Source: a virus (Duplodnaviria > Heunggongvirae > Uroviricota > Caudoviricetes). Taken from it: a stretch of DNA of 9,658 nucleotides. The position numbers and the translations under genes are program-made. The stretch lies in the IMG/VR virus record IMGVR_UViG_2695420589_000013, one strand, 5' to 3'. A model generated the notes under the pieces. The model made no database searches, had not been told where the DNA came from, and worked only from the letters and a program-made list of their open reading frames with translations. This document shows, piece by piece, positions 1 through 6,563 of the stretch (position 1 is the first letter of the stretch; each line of letters begins with the position of its first letter).

Positions 1-30
1 AAACACTATCAATAAGTTGGAGTCATTACC
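1..30 (+). mobile_element. Partial IS1 terminus: last 30 bp of an IS1 copy, ending in its terminal inverted repeat
   Basis: Sequence AAACACTATCAATAAGTTGGAGTCATTACC matches, from memory, the right end of IS1 (reverse complement GGTAATGACTCCAACTTATTGATAGTGTTT is the IS1 inverted repeat). The window begins inside the element. Confidence 0.75.
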
Positions 31-162
31 AAACGGTTGAAATGTATGCCGCTACTTACGGGTCCTGTAATCCTCTGAATAAACCAGAGGGAAAAGATGA
101 TTTCGACAAAATTTACCGCTTCTTGGAGGACCGCTATATCAAAAGCTTAGAGGACGCAGGGA

Positions 163-540
163 TCAAATCCCCAGTGAAGTCACCATTGTCCTGAGAACTT
201 GCAGAACGTCATGATCATAACTTCCATCCAAACCGCGACGGCGAATTGCTTCTCGTATTACCGGAAGCAGTTCGCTGGAAATCTCGGTGCATATTTCACC
301 TGATAATACGCTTGGCTCAAGTGAGAATATTGGTGAACTTACGGTCTTGGTCTCGACAGTTTCAGAGTCAGTGCCAACATTATAAAGCTCAACGAAAGCG
401 GTCTTGATTTTCCGGGCCAGATCTTTTGCTGGCTCGCTTGCAATATCTTTCCCGATTTCTCGCAGCACAGAATGCAATGTATGAGCTGCTGTTTTCTGTA
501 CATCAGACGGTAAATCTTTAAATTCCATCGTCAGCCTCAT
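163..540 (-). CDS. Hypothetical prophage early-left protein (125 aa; 121 aa if translation starts at the internal ATG at 528, which has a GAGG Shine-Dalgarno)
   Basis: Intact ORF whose ATG at 540-538 overlaps the stop of the upstream small gene (ATGA-type overlap), suggesting coupling. No recognisable catalytic motif. Function unknown. Confidence 0.55.
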   Translation of the reverse strand: MRLTMEFKDLPSDVQKTAAHTLHSVLREIGKDIASEPAKDLARKIKTAFVELYNVGTDSETVETKTVSSPIFSLEPSVLSGEICTEISSELLPVIREAIRRRGLDGSYDHDVLQVLRTMVTSLGI

Positions 541-692
541 CAGTCAGTGTTTCTGGCTAACCAGCAACGCGCGCCAGATTCGGTTTTAAACGTTTTGCTT
601 TTGGTATACGTCATGGCGGTAAACGTTCCATCCTGGTTAGGGAACACGCCGCACACCAGAGATTCGTTGTTGCCAAGATCGATAGTATCCAT
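540..692 (-). CDS. Small prophage protein (50 aa from ATG at 692), possibly YdaF-like
   Basis: ATG at 692-690 is preceded by GAGGT at about 5 nt spacing. The longer 68-aa version starting at 746 has no ribosome-binding site. The position left of the immunity region matches the small genes next to racR in Rac-type prophages; the YdaF resemblance is from memory and not verified. Confidence 0.45.
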   Translation of the reverse strand: MDTIDLGNNESLVCGVFPNQDGTFTAMTYTKSKTFKTESGARCWLARNTD

Positions 693-873
693 GCTGACCT
701 CATTTCCCCTTAACGCCGGGGTGGCGGAACAAAAAACCTGCTGCATAGTTAAAGATTGAACCCTGCCGTCATGTTCTTACGCCTCGGGCTGGCTACTTAA
801 CCCCTGACCACTGTCTGGTAACTCGAAGTATTGCCCTGCATTCTGTGGGGCGGGGTGGGTTGACGCCTGAAAC

Positions 874-914
874 AATAGCATCATTATTTTTTTGATGTAA
901 ATAGCATCGCTATT
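874..914. promoter_or_regulatory. Left operator-like cluster: two copies of a 15-bp imperfect palindrome AATAGCATCNNTATT (874-888 and 900-914)
   Basis: Seen directly: aatagcatcattatt (874-888) and aatagcatcgctatt (900-914), centres 26 bp apart. The same motif recurs at 2011-2025. TTGACG at 860-865 and promoter-like hexamers on the minus strand overlap the sites. Confidence 0.5.
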
Positions 915-928
915 GTTTTTTGTTGGGG

Positions 929-954
929 CAAGAAAAAACCACCCTAAGGTGGTT
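929..954 (-). terminator. Rho-independent terminator closing the leftward regulator-antitoxin-toxin operon
   Basis: Perfect 7-bp stem (937-943 aaccacc / 948-954 ggtggtt) with a 4-nt loop. On the plus strand it is preceded by an A-run at 931-937, which is a U-tract after the hairpin in the minus-strand transcript. It lies 17 bp past the toxin stop at 971. Confidence 0.55.
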
Positions 955-970
955 CTGTCGGCGGGAATAA

Positions 971-1261
971 TTAACTGTTTTTGCCTGGATACTGTCTTCG
1001 AGAATGCACAATATTTACTACTTCTATGCTTGATGCTGTTACTCGGTAAAGGATGATGTAGTTAGGATGAGTTACAATTTCACGAAGACCAAGAACTCGC
1101 TCGCTTGGAGGATACAGGTAAGGATGCTCTGTGAGCGGCAAAACGGATGTTTCAATTCGAATTTTCATTCTGCGTGCTGCCGCGGGATTTTCTTTAGCTA
1201 TGTAGGCTACGATCTGGCGCAAATCATCACGAGCAGATGGTAGCCATAAAACGGGTAACAT
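971..1261 (-). CDS. parE: Type II toxin, ParE/RelE superfamily (96 aa)
   Basis: Size and conserved C-terminal pattern typical of ParE/RelE toxins (…HPNYIILYRV…IEVVNIVHSRRQYP). The start codon overlaps the upstream antitoxin stop by 1 nt (TAATG at 1263-1259). Confidence 0.8.
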   Translation of the reverse strand: MLPVLWLPSARDDLRQIVAYIAKENPAAARRMKIRIETSVLPLTEHPYLYPPSERVLGLREIVTHPNYIILYRVTASSIEVVNIVHSRRQYPGKNS

Positions 1262-1455
1262 TATTCACCTCTGTGAGTTGCAGCAGCAATTTGGGCAATA
1301 ATTTGTTCCATTTCCGCCATTACCTCATCATGCGGAATCGCCGGGCGGGGATCCGCGAGGCTTGCTGCTACTTTGGCCCGCAGCCATTCGTTGTAACTAT
1401 TTTCTTGCTCAACTGTCTCAAATTCTGAAACCATTGGGGAAAGGACTGTACTCAT
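1261..1455 (-). CDS. paaA: Small acidic antitoxin (64 aa), PaaA-like partner of ParE
   Basis: GAGGAG ribosome-binding site 9 nt upstream of the ATG at 1455. Lies immediately upstream of the ParE gene and overlaps it. Size (about 63 aa) and the regulator-antitoxin-toxin order match the PaaR-PaaA-ParE three-component systems described in E. coli O157 prophages. Assigned from architecture, not alignment. Confidence 0.6.
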   Translation of the reverse strand: MSTVLSPMVSEFETVEQENSYNEWLRAKVAASLADPRPAIPHDEVMAEMEQIIAQIAAATHRGE

Positions 1456-1474
1456 TTTACATATCTCCTCTGAT

Positions 1475-2005
1475 TTAGGCGCGACGGCCTTTTTGTGCAG
1501 CTAACCACCGCGCAACCGTACGATCCATTGATTCTTTTTTATCTTTCATCTCCTGAAGCATGTGTTCTTGATCTTCTTTCGGAAAAGCTCTGAACGTATG
1601 GATTAAATCTCGTTCCATCGGCTCTACGGCAAACGGTAGTTCATCCTCTGTTTGTTCTGTGTCTGCTGGTAATGCGACTATGTTATCTTGCTGTGGTTCT
1701 CGACAATACATCCTTGCAATTTGCAGCAAATCTACCATGTCTGGCCTGATTGACTCAGGGGGAACTTTCAGTAAGCCAGCAAACTTTAGAACAGCCTCAA
1801 GGTTTAGTGGGGTTTGACCATTTAGGTAGTGACTTACCGCCCCTTGTGTTGAAAACCCCATAATTTCCGCCGCACGTTCCTGAGTCAATCCCAACTGAGA
1901 TTTCTTTGCCATCCAGATTTCTTTCAGTCTTCTGGCGGCGTTGAGGTCGGTGTCTGACAATGATTTTCTTTTCATACATCCAATTCTAATAAGATTGCTA
2001 ATCAC
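1475..2005 (-). CDS. paaR: HTH (XRE/cI-type) transcriptional regulator, 176 aa (166 aa if it starts at ATG 1975). Candidate PaaR-like regulator of the toxin-antitoxin operon and/or RacR-like prophage repressor. No S24 peptidase domain
   Basis: N-terminal helix-turn-helix signature (LTQERAAEIMGFSTQGAVSHYLNGQ). Transcribed divergently from the Cro-like gene and followed 19 nt later by the antitoxin gene on the same strand. The C-terminus is acidic and helical with no Ser/Lys autoprotease motif. Confidence 0.75.
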   Translation of the reverse strand: MISNLIRIGCMKRKSLSDTDLNAARRLKEIWMAKKSQLGLTQERAAEIMGFSTQGAVSHYLNGQTPLNLEAVLKFAGLLKVPPESIRPDMVDLLQIARMYCREPQQDNIVALPADTEQTEDELPFAVEPMERDLIHTFRAFPKEDQEHMLQEMKDKKESMDRTVARWLAAQKGRRA

Positions 2006-2010
2006 TTTGA

Positions 2011-2050
2011 AATAGCATCACTATTTACTTTTAAAAATAACAGTGCTATT
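2011..2050. promoter_or_regulatory. Right operator-like cluster in the divergent intergenic region: AATAGCATCACTATT (2011-2025) and related AATAACAGTGCTATT (2036-2050)
   Basis: Same 15-bp palindrome as at 874-914 with similar spacing (centres 25 bp apart). Located between the divergent regulator and Cro-like genes in an AT-rich region where promoters are expected. Confidence 0.5.
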
Positions 2051-2086
2051 AATTATGCATTGGTAACACATCACATAGGGCGGATT

Positions 2087-2350
2087 ATGAATCTTGGAGA
2101 ATATTTGCATCATTTTCATATAACCCAGAGTTCATTTGCTGAGATTGTTGGCGCATCCCAAGGGATGGTCAGCCACGTTATAACGGGGCGTGCAAAACTT
2201 ACAGGAGAAAAAATATTACGTTGGTGTGAAGCAACGGGATGGGTGGTGACCCCACATGAGATTGACAGTAAAACCTACCCCAACCCAACTGACGGCTTGC
2301 CTGCTGAGTTTCAGGCTAACACACAACCATCGGCGGGGGTTGATTCATGA
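2087..2350 (+). CDS. ydaS: Cro-like HTH protein, YdaS family (87 aa from ATG 2087; the ORF track opens at a TTG at 2060)
   Basis: Helix-turn-helix motif (QSSFAEIVGASQGMVSHVITGR). Divergent from the regulator. Stop overlaps the next gene start (ATGA at 2347-2350). Matches the racR-divergent ydaS-ydaT arrangement of Rac prophage. Confidence 0.7.
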   Translation: MNLGEYLHHFHITQSSFAEIVGASQGMVSHVITGRAKLTGEKILRWCEATGWVVTPHEIDSKTYPNPTDGLPAEFQANTQPSAGVDS

Positions 2351-2772
2351 AAATCAAGCATGAACACATCCGCATGGCGATGAAAGCCTGGGCGCATCCG
2401 GACGGTGAAAAAGTTCCGGCAGCTGAAATAACCAGGGTTTATTTCGAACTGGGAATGACGTTTCCGGTTCTGCATAACGACAGCAAGCACAACACGCTTT
2501 ATCTCAACACCCAAAAGATTTTCCGTTGGCTGGATAAAGACACCCCTGACGCTGTTGAAAAAATTCAGGCGTTGTTACCTGCGATCGAAAGGGCAATGCC
2601 ACCTCCGCTGGTGGCTCGAATGCGCAGCCACAGTTCAGCTTATTTTCGGGAACTGGTGGAGACGCATGAACGACTGGTGAGAGACGCTGATGATTTTGTC
2701 GCAGTGGCAATCGCCGGTTTCAATCAGATGAACCGTGGTGGCCCGGCAGGAAATGCTGTGGCAGTACATTGA
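2347..2772 (+). CDS. ydaT: YdaT-like protein (141 aa), the reported toxic partner of the YdaS/YdaT pair
   Basis: Translationally coupled to the Cro-like gene. Size and position match YdaT of Rac prophage (140 aa). Family assignment is from context and memory, not alignment. Confidence 0.6.
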   Translation: MKIKHEHIRMAMKAWAHPDGEKVPAAEITRVYFELGMTFPVLHNDSKHNTLYLNTQKIFRWLDKDTPDAVEKIQALLPAIERAMPPPLVARMRSHSSAYFRELVETHERLVRDADDFVAVAIAGFNQMNRGGPAGNAVAVH

Positions 2773-2843
2773 CTGACAATAGCCATATCGAATCGCTCCC
2801 GGCAACTCGTGAGTAAAAAGATTCGGTATCAGAAGAGGTGAGT

Positions 2844-3920
2844 ATGGCTAACGCCTGGCTCAGATTATGGCATGACATGCCAAATGACCCTAAGTGGCGA
2901 ACAATTGCCAGGGTGTCAGGGCAGCCAATTGCAACAGTGATGGCAGTGTATATCCACCTCCTGGTGAGCGCGTCACGAAATGTCACGCGAGGTCACATTG
3001 ATGTCACGACAGAAGATTTGGCAAGTGCGCTCGACGTGACAGAAGAGGTAATTGATTCAATTTTGCAGACGATGCAGGGGCGGGTACNNNNNNNNNNNNN
3101 NNNNNNNNTACTTGATGGTGATTTAATCACTGGATGGGAAAAACGCCAGGTGCTTAAAGAGGACAACGGCAATATTTCGCAAACCGCAAAATCTCCTGCA
3201 GAGCGCAAGAGGGCGCAGCGAGAGAGGGAAAGAAAGCGGGAACAAAATGGCGATTGTCACGGCGCGTCACGAAATGTCACGCACATGTCACGACGAGTCA
3301 CGACAGATACAGATAAAGATACAGATAAAGAAGATCAAAACACTATGGTCCATGGCGTAAAAAACGCCACGAACCAGGCAGGGGATGTTCAGACCGTCAA
3401 TCCTGGTCAGCCAGCAGGCTCGACACCGGAAGCCGATTCAGCGTATGCGCTGAAAGCCGATTCGGGCGCTGTGCAGCAGGTGATGACCGCAAGGCCGGAG
3501 CAATCACTCCAACTGCAGCAGCCTGAAGCCGATTCCGCCATTCAGCGGGAAGCCGATCGGGTAGCCCCGGAAAACACCGGGCAGCCTGTGGGACGAGTGG
3601 ATTATCCGGATGTGTTCGAACAGGTCTGGCGGGAATACCCGTTGCGTGCCGGGGCAAACCCGAAGAAATCCGCATTCAGTGCCTGGAAGGCCAGATTGCG
3701 CGAGGGGGTGCCACCAGAGACCATGCTGGATGGTGTGAGGCGTTACGCGAGATACCTGGCGGCGACCGGGAAAGCGGGAACGGAATTTGTTCAGCGAGNN
3801 NNNNNNNNNNNNNNNNNNNNNNNNNNNNNNNNNNNNNNNNNNNNNNNNNNNNNNNNNNNNNNNNNNNNNNNNNTTTTGGGCCGGACCGGAATTTTGAAAA
3901 CCCCTGGTTGCTCCCGGTAA
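2844..3920 (+). CDS. Phage replication initiator (YdaU/DUF1376-like, lambda O analogue). Boundaries uncertain because the ORF crosses two N-masked runs; the true stop may lie inside 3799-3873
   Basis: AAGAGG ribosome-binding site before ATG 2844. The N-terminus (MANAWLRLWHDMPNDPKWRTIARVSGQPIATVMAVYIHLL) is typical of DUF1376 replication proteins. Contains internal iteron clusters. Immediately precedes the DnaC-like loader gene. Confidence 0.55.
   Translation: MANAWLRLWHDMPNDPKWRTIARVSGQPIATVMAVYIHLLVSASRNVTRGHIDVTTEDLASALDVTEEVIDSILQTMQGRVXXXXXXXXLDGDLITGWEKRQVLKEDNGNISQTAKSPAERKRAQRERERKREQNGDCHGASRNVTHMSRRVTTDTDKDTDKEDQNTMVHGVKNATNQAGDVQTVNPGQPAGSTPEADSAYALKADSGAVQQVMTARPEQSLQLQQPEADSAIQREADRVAPENTGQPVGRVDYPDVFEQVWREYPLRAGANPKKSAFSAWKARLREGVPPETMLDGVRRYARYLAATGKAGTEFVQRXXXXXXXXXXXXXXXXXXXXXXXXXXLGRTGILKTPGCSR
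2968..3040. repeat. Iteron cluster 1 inside the initiator gene: GTCACG/GTCACA at 2972, 2982, 2992 and 3003 (10-11 bp spacing), plus an inverted copy CGTGAC at 3035-3040
   Basis: Counted directly. The 21-mer gcgcgtcacgaaatgtcacgc (2968-2988) is repeated exactly at 3262-3282. Confidence 0.55.
3088..3108. other. Run of 21 N (masked or unresolved sequence) inside the initiator gene
   Basis: Literal n characters. Length is a multiple of 3 and the reading frame is preserved across it. Confidence 0.99.
3256..3330. repeat. Iteron cluster 2 (putative replication origin): five GTCACG copies at 3256, 3266, 3276, 3287 and 3297 (helical-turn spacing), followed by a perfect tandem 12-bp duplication ATACAGATAAAG x2 (3307-3330)
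   Basis: Counted directly. The arrangement of iterons followed by a more AT-rich segment inside the initiator gene parallels lambda ori within gene O. Confidence 0.55.
3799..3873. other. Run of 75 N (masked or unresolved sequence) at the 3' end of the initiator gene
   Basis: Literal n characters. Length is a multiple of 3. The C-terminus of the initiator and any stop codon are hidden here. Confidence 0.99.
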
Positions 3921-4003
3921 GCGGCACGAACAACCAGCGTTGTGTGAATCATATTTCTGAACCGGATACCGAAATTCCGCCGGGATTCAGGGGGTGATGT
4001 GGC

Positions 4004-4750
4004 ATGAAAAACATTGCGGCAGCCGGGGTTCTTGAACGTATTCACAGACTTGCACCACAGGGGGCGGTTCCACCGTACCGGACGGTGGAGGAGTGGCGGG
4101 AATGGCAACTTGCTGAAGGACGAAAACGCAGCGAGGAGATTAACCGCCAGAATCGCCAGTTGCGGGTGGAAAAAATCCTGAATCGTTCGGGCATCCAGCC
4201 TCTGCACAGCAAATGCTCGTTTGCGAATTATCAGGTGCAGAACGACGGGCAAAAATACGCGCTGAGCCAGGCCAAATCCATAGCTGACGAACTGATGACC
4301 GGGTGCACGAATTTTGTGTTCAGCGGTAAAACCGGCACCGGGAAAAATCACCTTGCAGCGGCGATGGGTAACCGGCTGATGGCGAAGGGGCGCAGCGTGA
4401 TTATCGTCACCGAGTCTGATGTCATGAGCGTGTTGCATGACAGCTACGACAACGGCAAATCCGGTGAAAAATTTTTACAGGAGCTTTGCGGGGTTGATTT
4501 GCTGGTCCTGGATGAAATAGGCATTCAGCGGGAGACGAAAAACGAGCAGGTGGTATTGCACCAGATAATTGATCGCCGGACAGCATCACTGTGCAGTGTC
4601 GGGATGTTAACAAACCTGAATCATGCCGCAATGAGCACGCTTCTTGGTGAGAGGATTATGGACCGCATGACCATGAACGGTTGTCGGTGGGTGACGTTTA
4701 ACTGGGATAGCTGGCGTTCAAATGTCAGCTTTCCGGGAGTTGTGAAGTAA
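4004..4750 (+). CDS. DnaC-like helicase loader / replication protein (IstB-like AAA+ ATPase, 248 aa; lambda P analogue, YdaV-like)
   Basis: Walker A motif (FSGKTGTGKNHLAAA) and Walker B motif (DLLVLDEIG). Size and position after the initiator gene match DnaC-type loaders of lambdoid and Rac prophages. Confidence 0.85.
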   Translation: MKNIAAAGVLERIHRLAPQGAVPPYRTVEEWREWQLAEGRKRSEEINRQNRQLRVEKILNRSGIQPLHSKCSFANYQVQNDGQKYALSQAKSIADELMTGCTNFVFSGKTGTGKNHLAAAMGNRLMAKGRSVIIVTESDVMSVLHDSYDNGKSGEKFLQELCGVDLLVLDEIGIQRETKNEQVVLHQIIDRRTASLCSVGMLTNLNHAAMSTLLGERIMDRMTMNGCRWVTFNWDSWRSNVSFPGVVK

Positions 4751-4771
4751 TTTTTGTTGGAGGATGTTTTA

Positions 4772-5497
4772 ATGGAAACTGTATTTGACGCACTGAAAGC
4801 ACTGAAAAGAGCCTCTTCACATGTGGTGGCGTCCCGCCTTGGAATCAGCCGTGAAGATGCGGTCAACGAACTGTGGAAACTGAAGCGCCGTGGTGAAGCG
4901 GATAACAAGGGTTCGATGTGGTGGCTGATTCAGGCTGGTGAAAGTGAACCAGTGTCACCGGTACCGAAAGTGACAGCGCAAATGCTGACTGAGGCGATTG
5001 AACAACATGGCCCACAAACGGCGGATGAGCTGGCACTGATGTTCGGGATTACCTCCCGCCGGGCGAATTCATCGCTGGCCATGGCAATCAGCAAAGGGCG
5101 TCTGATTCGCGTGAATCAGGGCGGTAAATTTCGGTACTGCATACCGGGCGCTGATTTACCGGCAGAGCCGAAAGCCGCATCCATAGCGGAAACGGATGGT
5201 AAAGTCTTTCCTCAGCCAGCAGGTGTTGCGTTACCGGTACAGGAAGCTGCAACACAGGAAGAAATTAAAACAGAAACTGTGGCGGACATTGTGCAGTCGT
5301 TGCCATCGTTCACCGAAACGCAAGCGGATGACCTGGTTTTACCATCGCTGCATATGGCAAACCGCGAACTGCGTCGGGCGAAAAGTCATGTCCAGAAGTG
5401 GGAGCGTGTCTGCGCCGCGTTGCGGGAGCTGAACAAGCACCGGGATATTGTTCGACAGATTGTCGATTCCTCCGGTCGTATTGTGTCGGAAAAGTGA
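4772..5497 (+). CDS. Hypothetical phage protein with two winged-helix-like segments (241 aa from ATG 4772; the ORF track starts at an upstream TTG at 4754)
   Basis: GGAGG at 4759-4763, 8 nt before ATG 4772. Continuous ORF with coding-like composition. No catalytic motif recognised. Confidence 0.65.
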   Translation: METVFDALKALKRASSHVVASRLGISREDAVNELWKLKRRGEADNKGSMWWLIQAGESEPVSPVPKVTAQMLTEAIEQHGPQTADELALMFGITSRRANSSLAMAISKGRLIRVNQGGKFRYCIPGADLPAEPKAASIAETDGKVFPQPAGVALPVQEAATQEEIKTETVADIVQSLPSFTETQADDLVLPSLHMANRELRRAKSHVQKWERVCAALRELNKHRDIVRQIVDSSGRIVSEK

Positions 5498-5512
5498 TTG
5501 CCGGGGGCGCTT

Positions 5513-5935
5513 ATGGCAAAAGTATTTACACAGGAAGAGCGGGAAAAAATTAAGGGGCAGGTTGTTGAACTCGTACGCCAGAGTGGGCGCGAGACGTTAC
5601 GACAACTGGAAGCTAAAACCGGGGCGACAAGATATTTAATAAGCGTTCTCGCCAGAGAGCTGGTTGCCAGTGGGGATGTATACAACTCTGGCTACGGGTT
5701 ATTCCCGTCTGAACAGGCTCGTAAGGACTGGCAAAACGCCCGCAAAAAACTCTCGAGGGCAAAGCTGAAGAAACCATCTGTGGTTGATCCGGACCTTATC
5801 TGGTCATTACCAGACGGAGAAATACGCCGCTACGACAGACATCAGAACATAATCTGTCGCGAGTGCCGGAAGAGTGAAGTTATGCAGCGTGTACCGGCTT
5901 TCTATCAGGGTGATTTTCAGGAGGCGGTACTGTGA
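5513..5935 (+). CDS. Hypothetical phage protein (140 aa from ATG 5513)
   Basis: ATG at 5513 follows a G-rich ribosome-binding region. Tightly packed after the previous gene. Stop overlaps the next ORF's GTG. No recognisable domain by eye. Confidence 0.6.
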   Translation: MAKVFTQEEREKIKGQVVELVRQSGRETLRQLEAKTGATRYLISVLARELVASGDVYNSGYGLFPSEQARKDWQNARKKLSRAKLKKPSVVDPDLIWSLPDGEIRRYDRHQNIICRECRKSEVMQRVPAFYQGDFQEAVL

Positions 5936-5992
5936 GTGAAATTAGCTATCAGGCTTCAATTACCGCTGGCATTCGCATCAAAGGAGAGGAGC

Positions 5993-6349
5993 ATGGAAAT
6001 AAAACCAGAAGATGAGTTAAGCAATATTGTTTTATTTCCGGTAAAAGAGGATAACCCTCGTAATCAGGTTAATTTTCTTTATGAGCCATCGGAAAGACCA
6101 TATTGCCATCACGCTTCTGTCCGGGTTGACGAAAAAGAGCGTCAGGTCCGCTGTAAAATTTGCGGTGCAGTTGTGGAGCCATTTGACTGGATGCTCTCTG
6201 TGGCGAAAAGAGAAACCAGACTGGCAGATGATGTAAGGCTCTTGCGCCAGGAGGAGCGGGAAAGGCGAAAAAATATAGAAAAGCTAATCCAGATTGAGCG
6301 TAATGCGAAAGCGCGGATACGCAGGGTGACAAAATATAGCCCCGAATAA
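5993..6349 (+). CDS. Hypothetical protein with a putative zinc-ribbon (C-x16-C-x2-C) and a basic coiled-coil C-terminus (118 aa from ATG 5993)
   Basis: Strong ribosome-binding site AAAGGAGAGG at 5980-5989, just before ATG 5993. Cysteine pattern PYCHH…RCKICG. C-terminus rich in R/E/K (RLLRQEERERRKNIEKLIQIERNAKARIRR). Confidence 0.6.
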   Translation: MEIKPEDELSNIVLFPVKEDNPRNQVNFLYEPSERPYCHHASVRVDEKERQVRCKICGAVVEPFDWMLSVAKRETRLADDVRLLRQEERERRKNIEKLIQIERNAKARIRRVTKYSPE

Positions 6350-6563
6350 TCAAGGTTATTTCTGGAAGTCAAGTCGTGAGTGATGAGGACTAACAAATAC
6401 GGTGAACTCGATAAAGAGATTCAGGACGAACTGGAGGCCAGGAATGATTGACAAATCACCAAGTGAGTTCAGCTACAAAGATTTATTGTCATAACGGGTT
6501 ATGAGATCGACTTGGTGCGTGATATTCTTCGGGCCAGTTTGCTATGCGCCACCATGAGATGTT

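Noticed and set aside
547-759. Plus-strand 70-aa ORF antisense to the small leftward gene
   Set aside because: It fully overlaps a better-supported minus-strand gene, has no ribosome-binding site and has odd composition. Likely a shadow ORF.
1237-1428. Plus-strand 63-aa ORF inside the antitoxin gene
   Set aside because: Antisense overlap with the toxin-antitoxin operon and no ribosome-binding site. Shadow ORF.
1475-2005. Possibility that the regulator is a LexA/cI-type autocleavable repressor
   Set aside because: The C-terminal half is acidic and helical with no Ala-Gly cleavage site or Ser/Lys S24 peptidase signature. More consistent with RacR/PaaR-type regulators.
2607-2614. Chi octamer GCTGGTGG on the plus strand
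   Set aside because: A single 8-mer is expected by chance at roughly this frequency in about 19 kb of two-strand sequence. No clustering or orientation bias to support a functional claim.
2311-2986. Minus-strand ORFs (2311-2514, 2504-2710, 2720-2986) opposite ydaT and the initiator start
   Set aside because: They overlap well-supported plus-strand genes and lack start signals. Shadow ORFs.
2993-4438. Minus-strand ORFs (2993-3208, 3397-3675, 3676-3933, 3791-4438) spanning the N runs and the DnaC-like gene
   Set aside because: They are artificially extended through N-masked codons or lie antisense to genes with clear Walker motifs. Not credible.
4422-5685. Assorted antisense or alternate-frame ORFs (4422-4631, 4621-4908, 5196-5432, 5386-5685, 5448-5639)
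   Set aside because: All overlap stronger same-region genes and have Arg/Cys/Ser-rich low-complexity translations typical of out-of-frame reading.
6069-6396. Minus-strand ORFs opposite the zinc-ribbon gene
   Set aside because: Antisense to a gene with a strong ribosome-binding site. No independent support.
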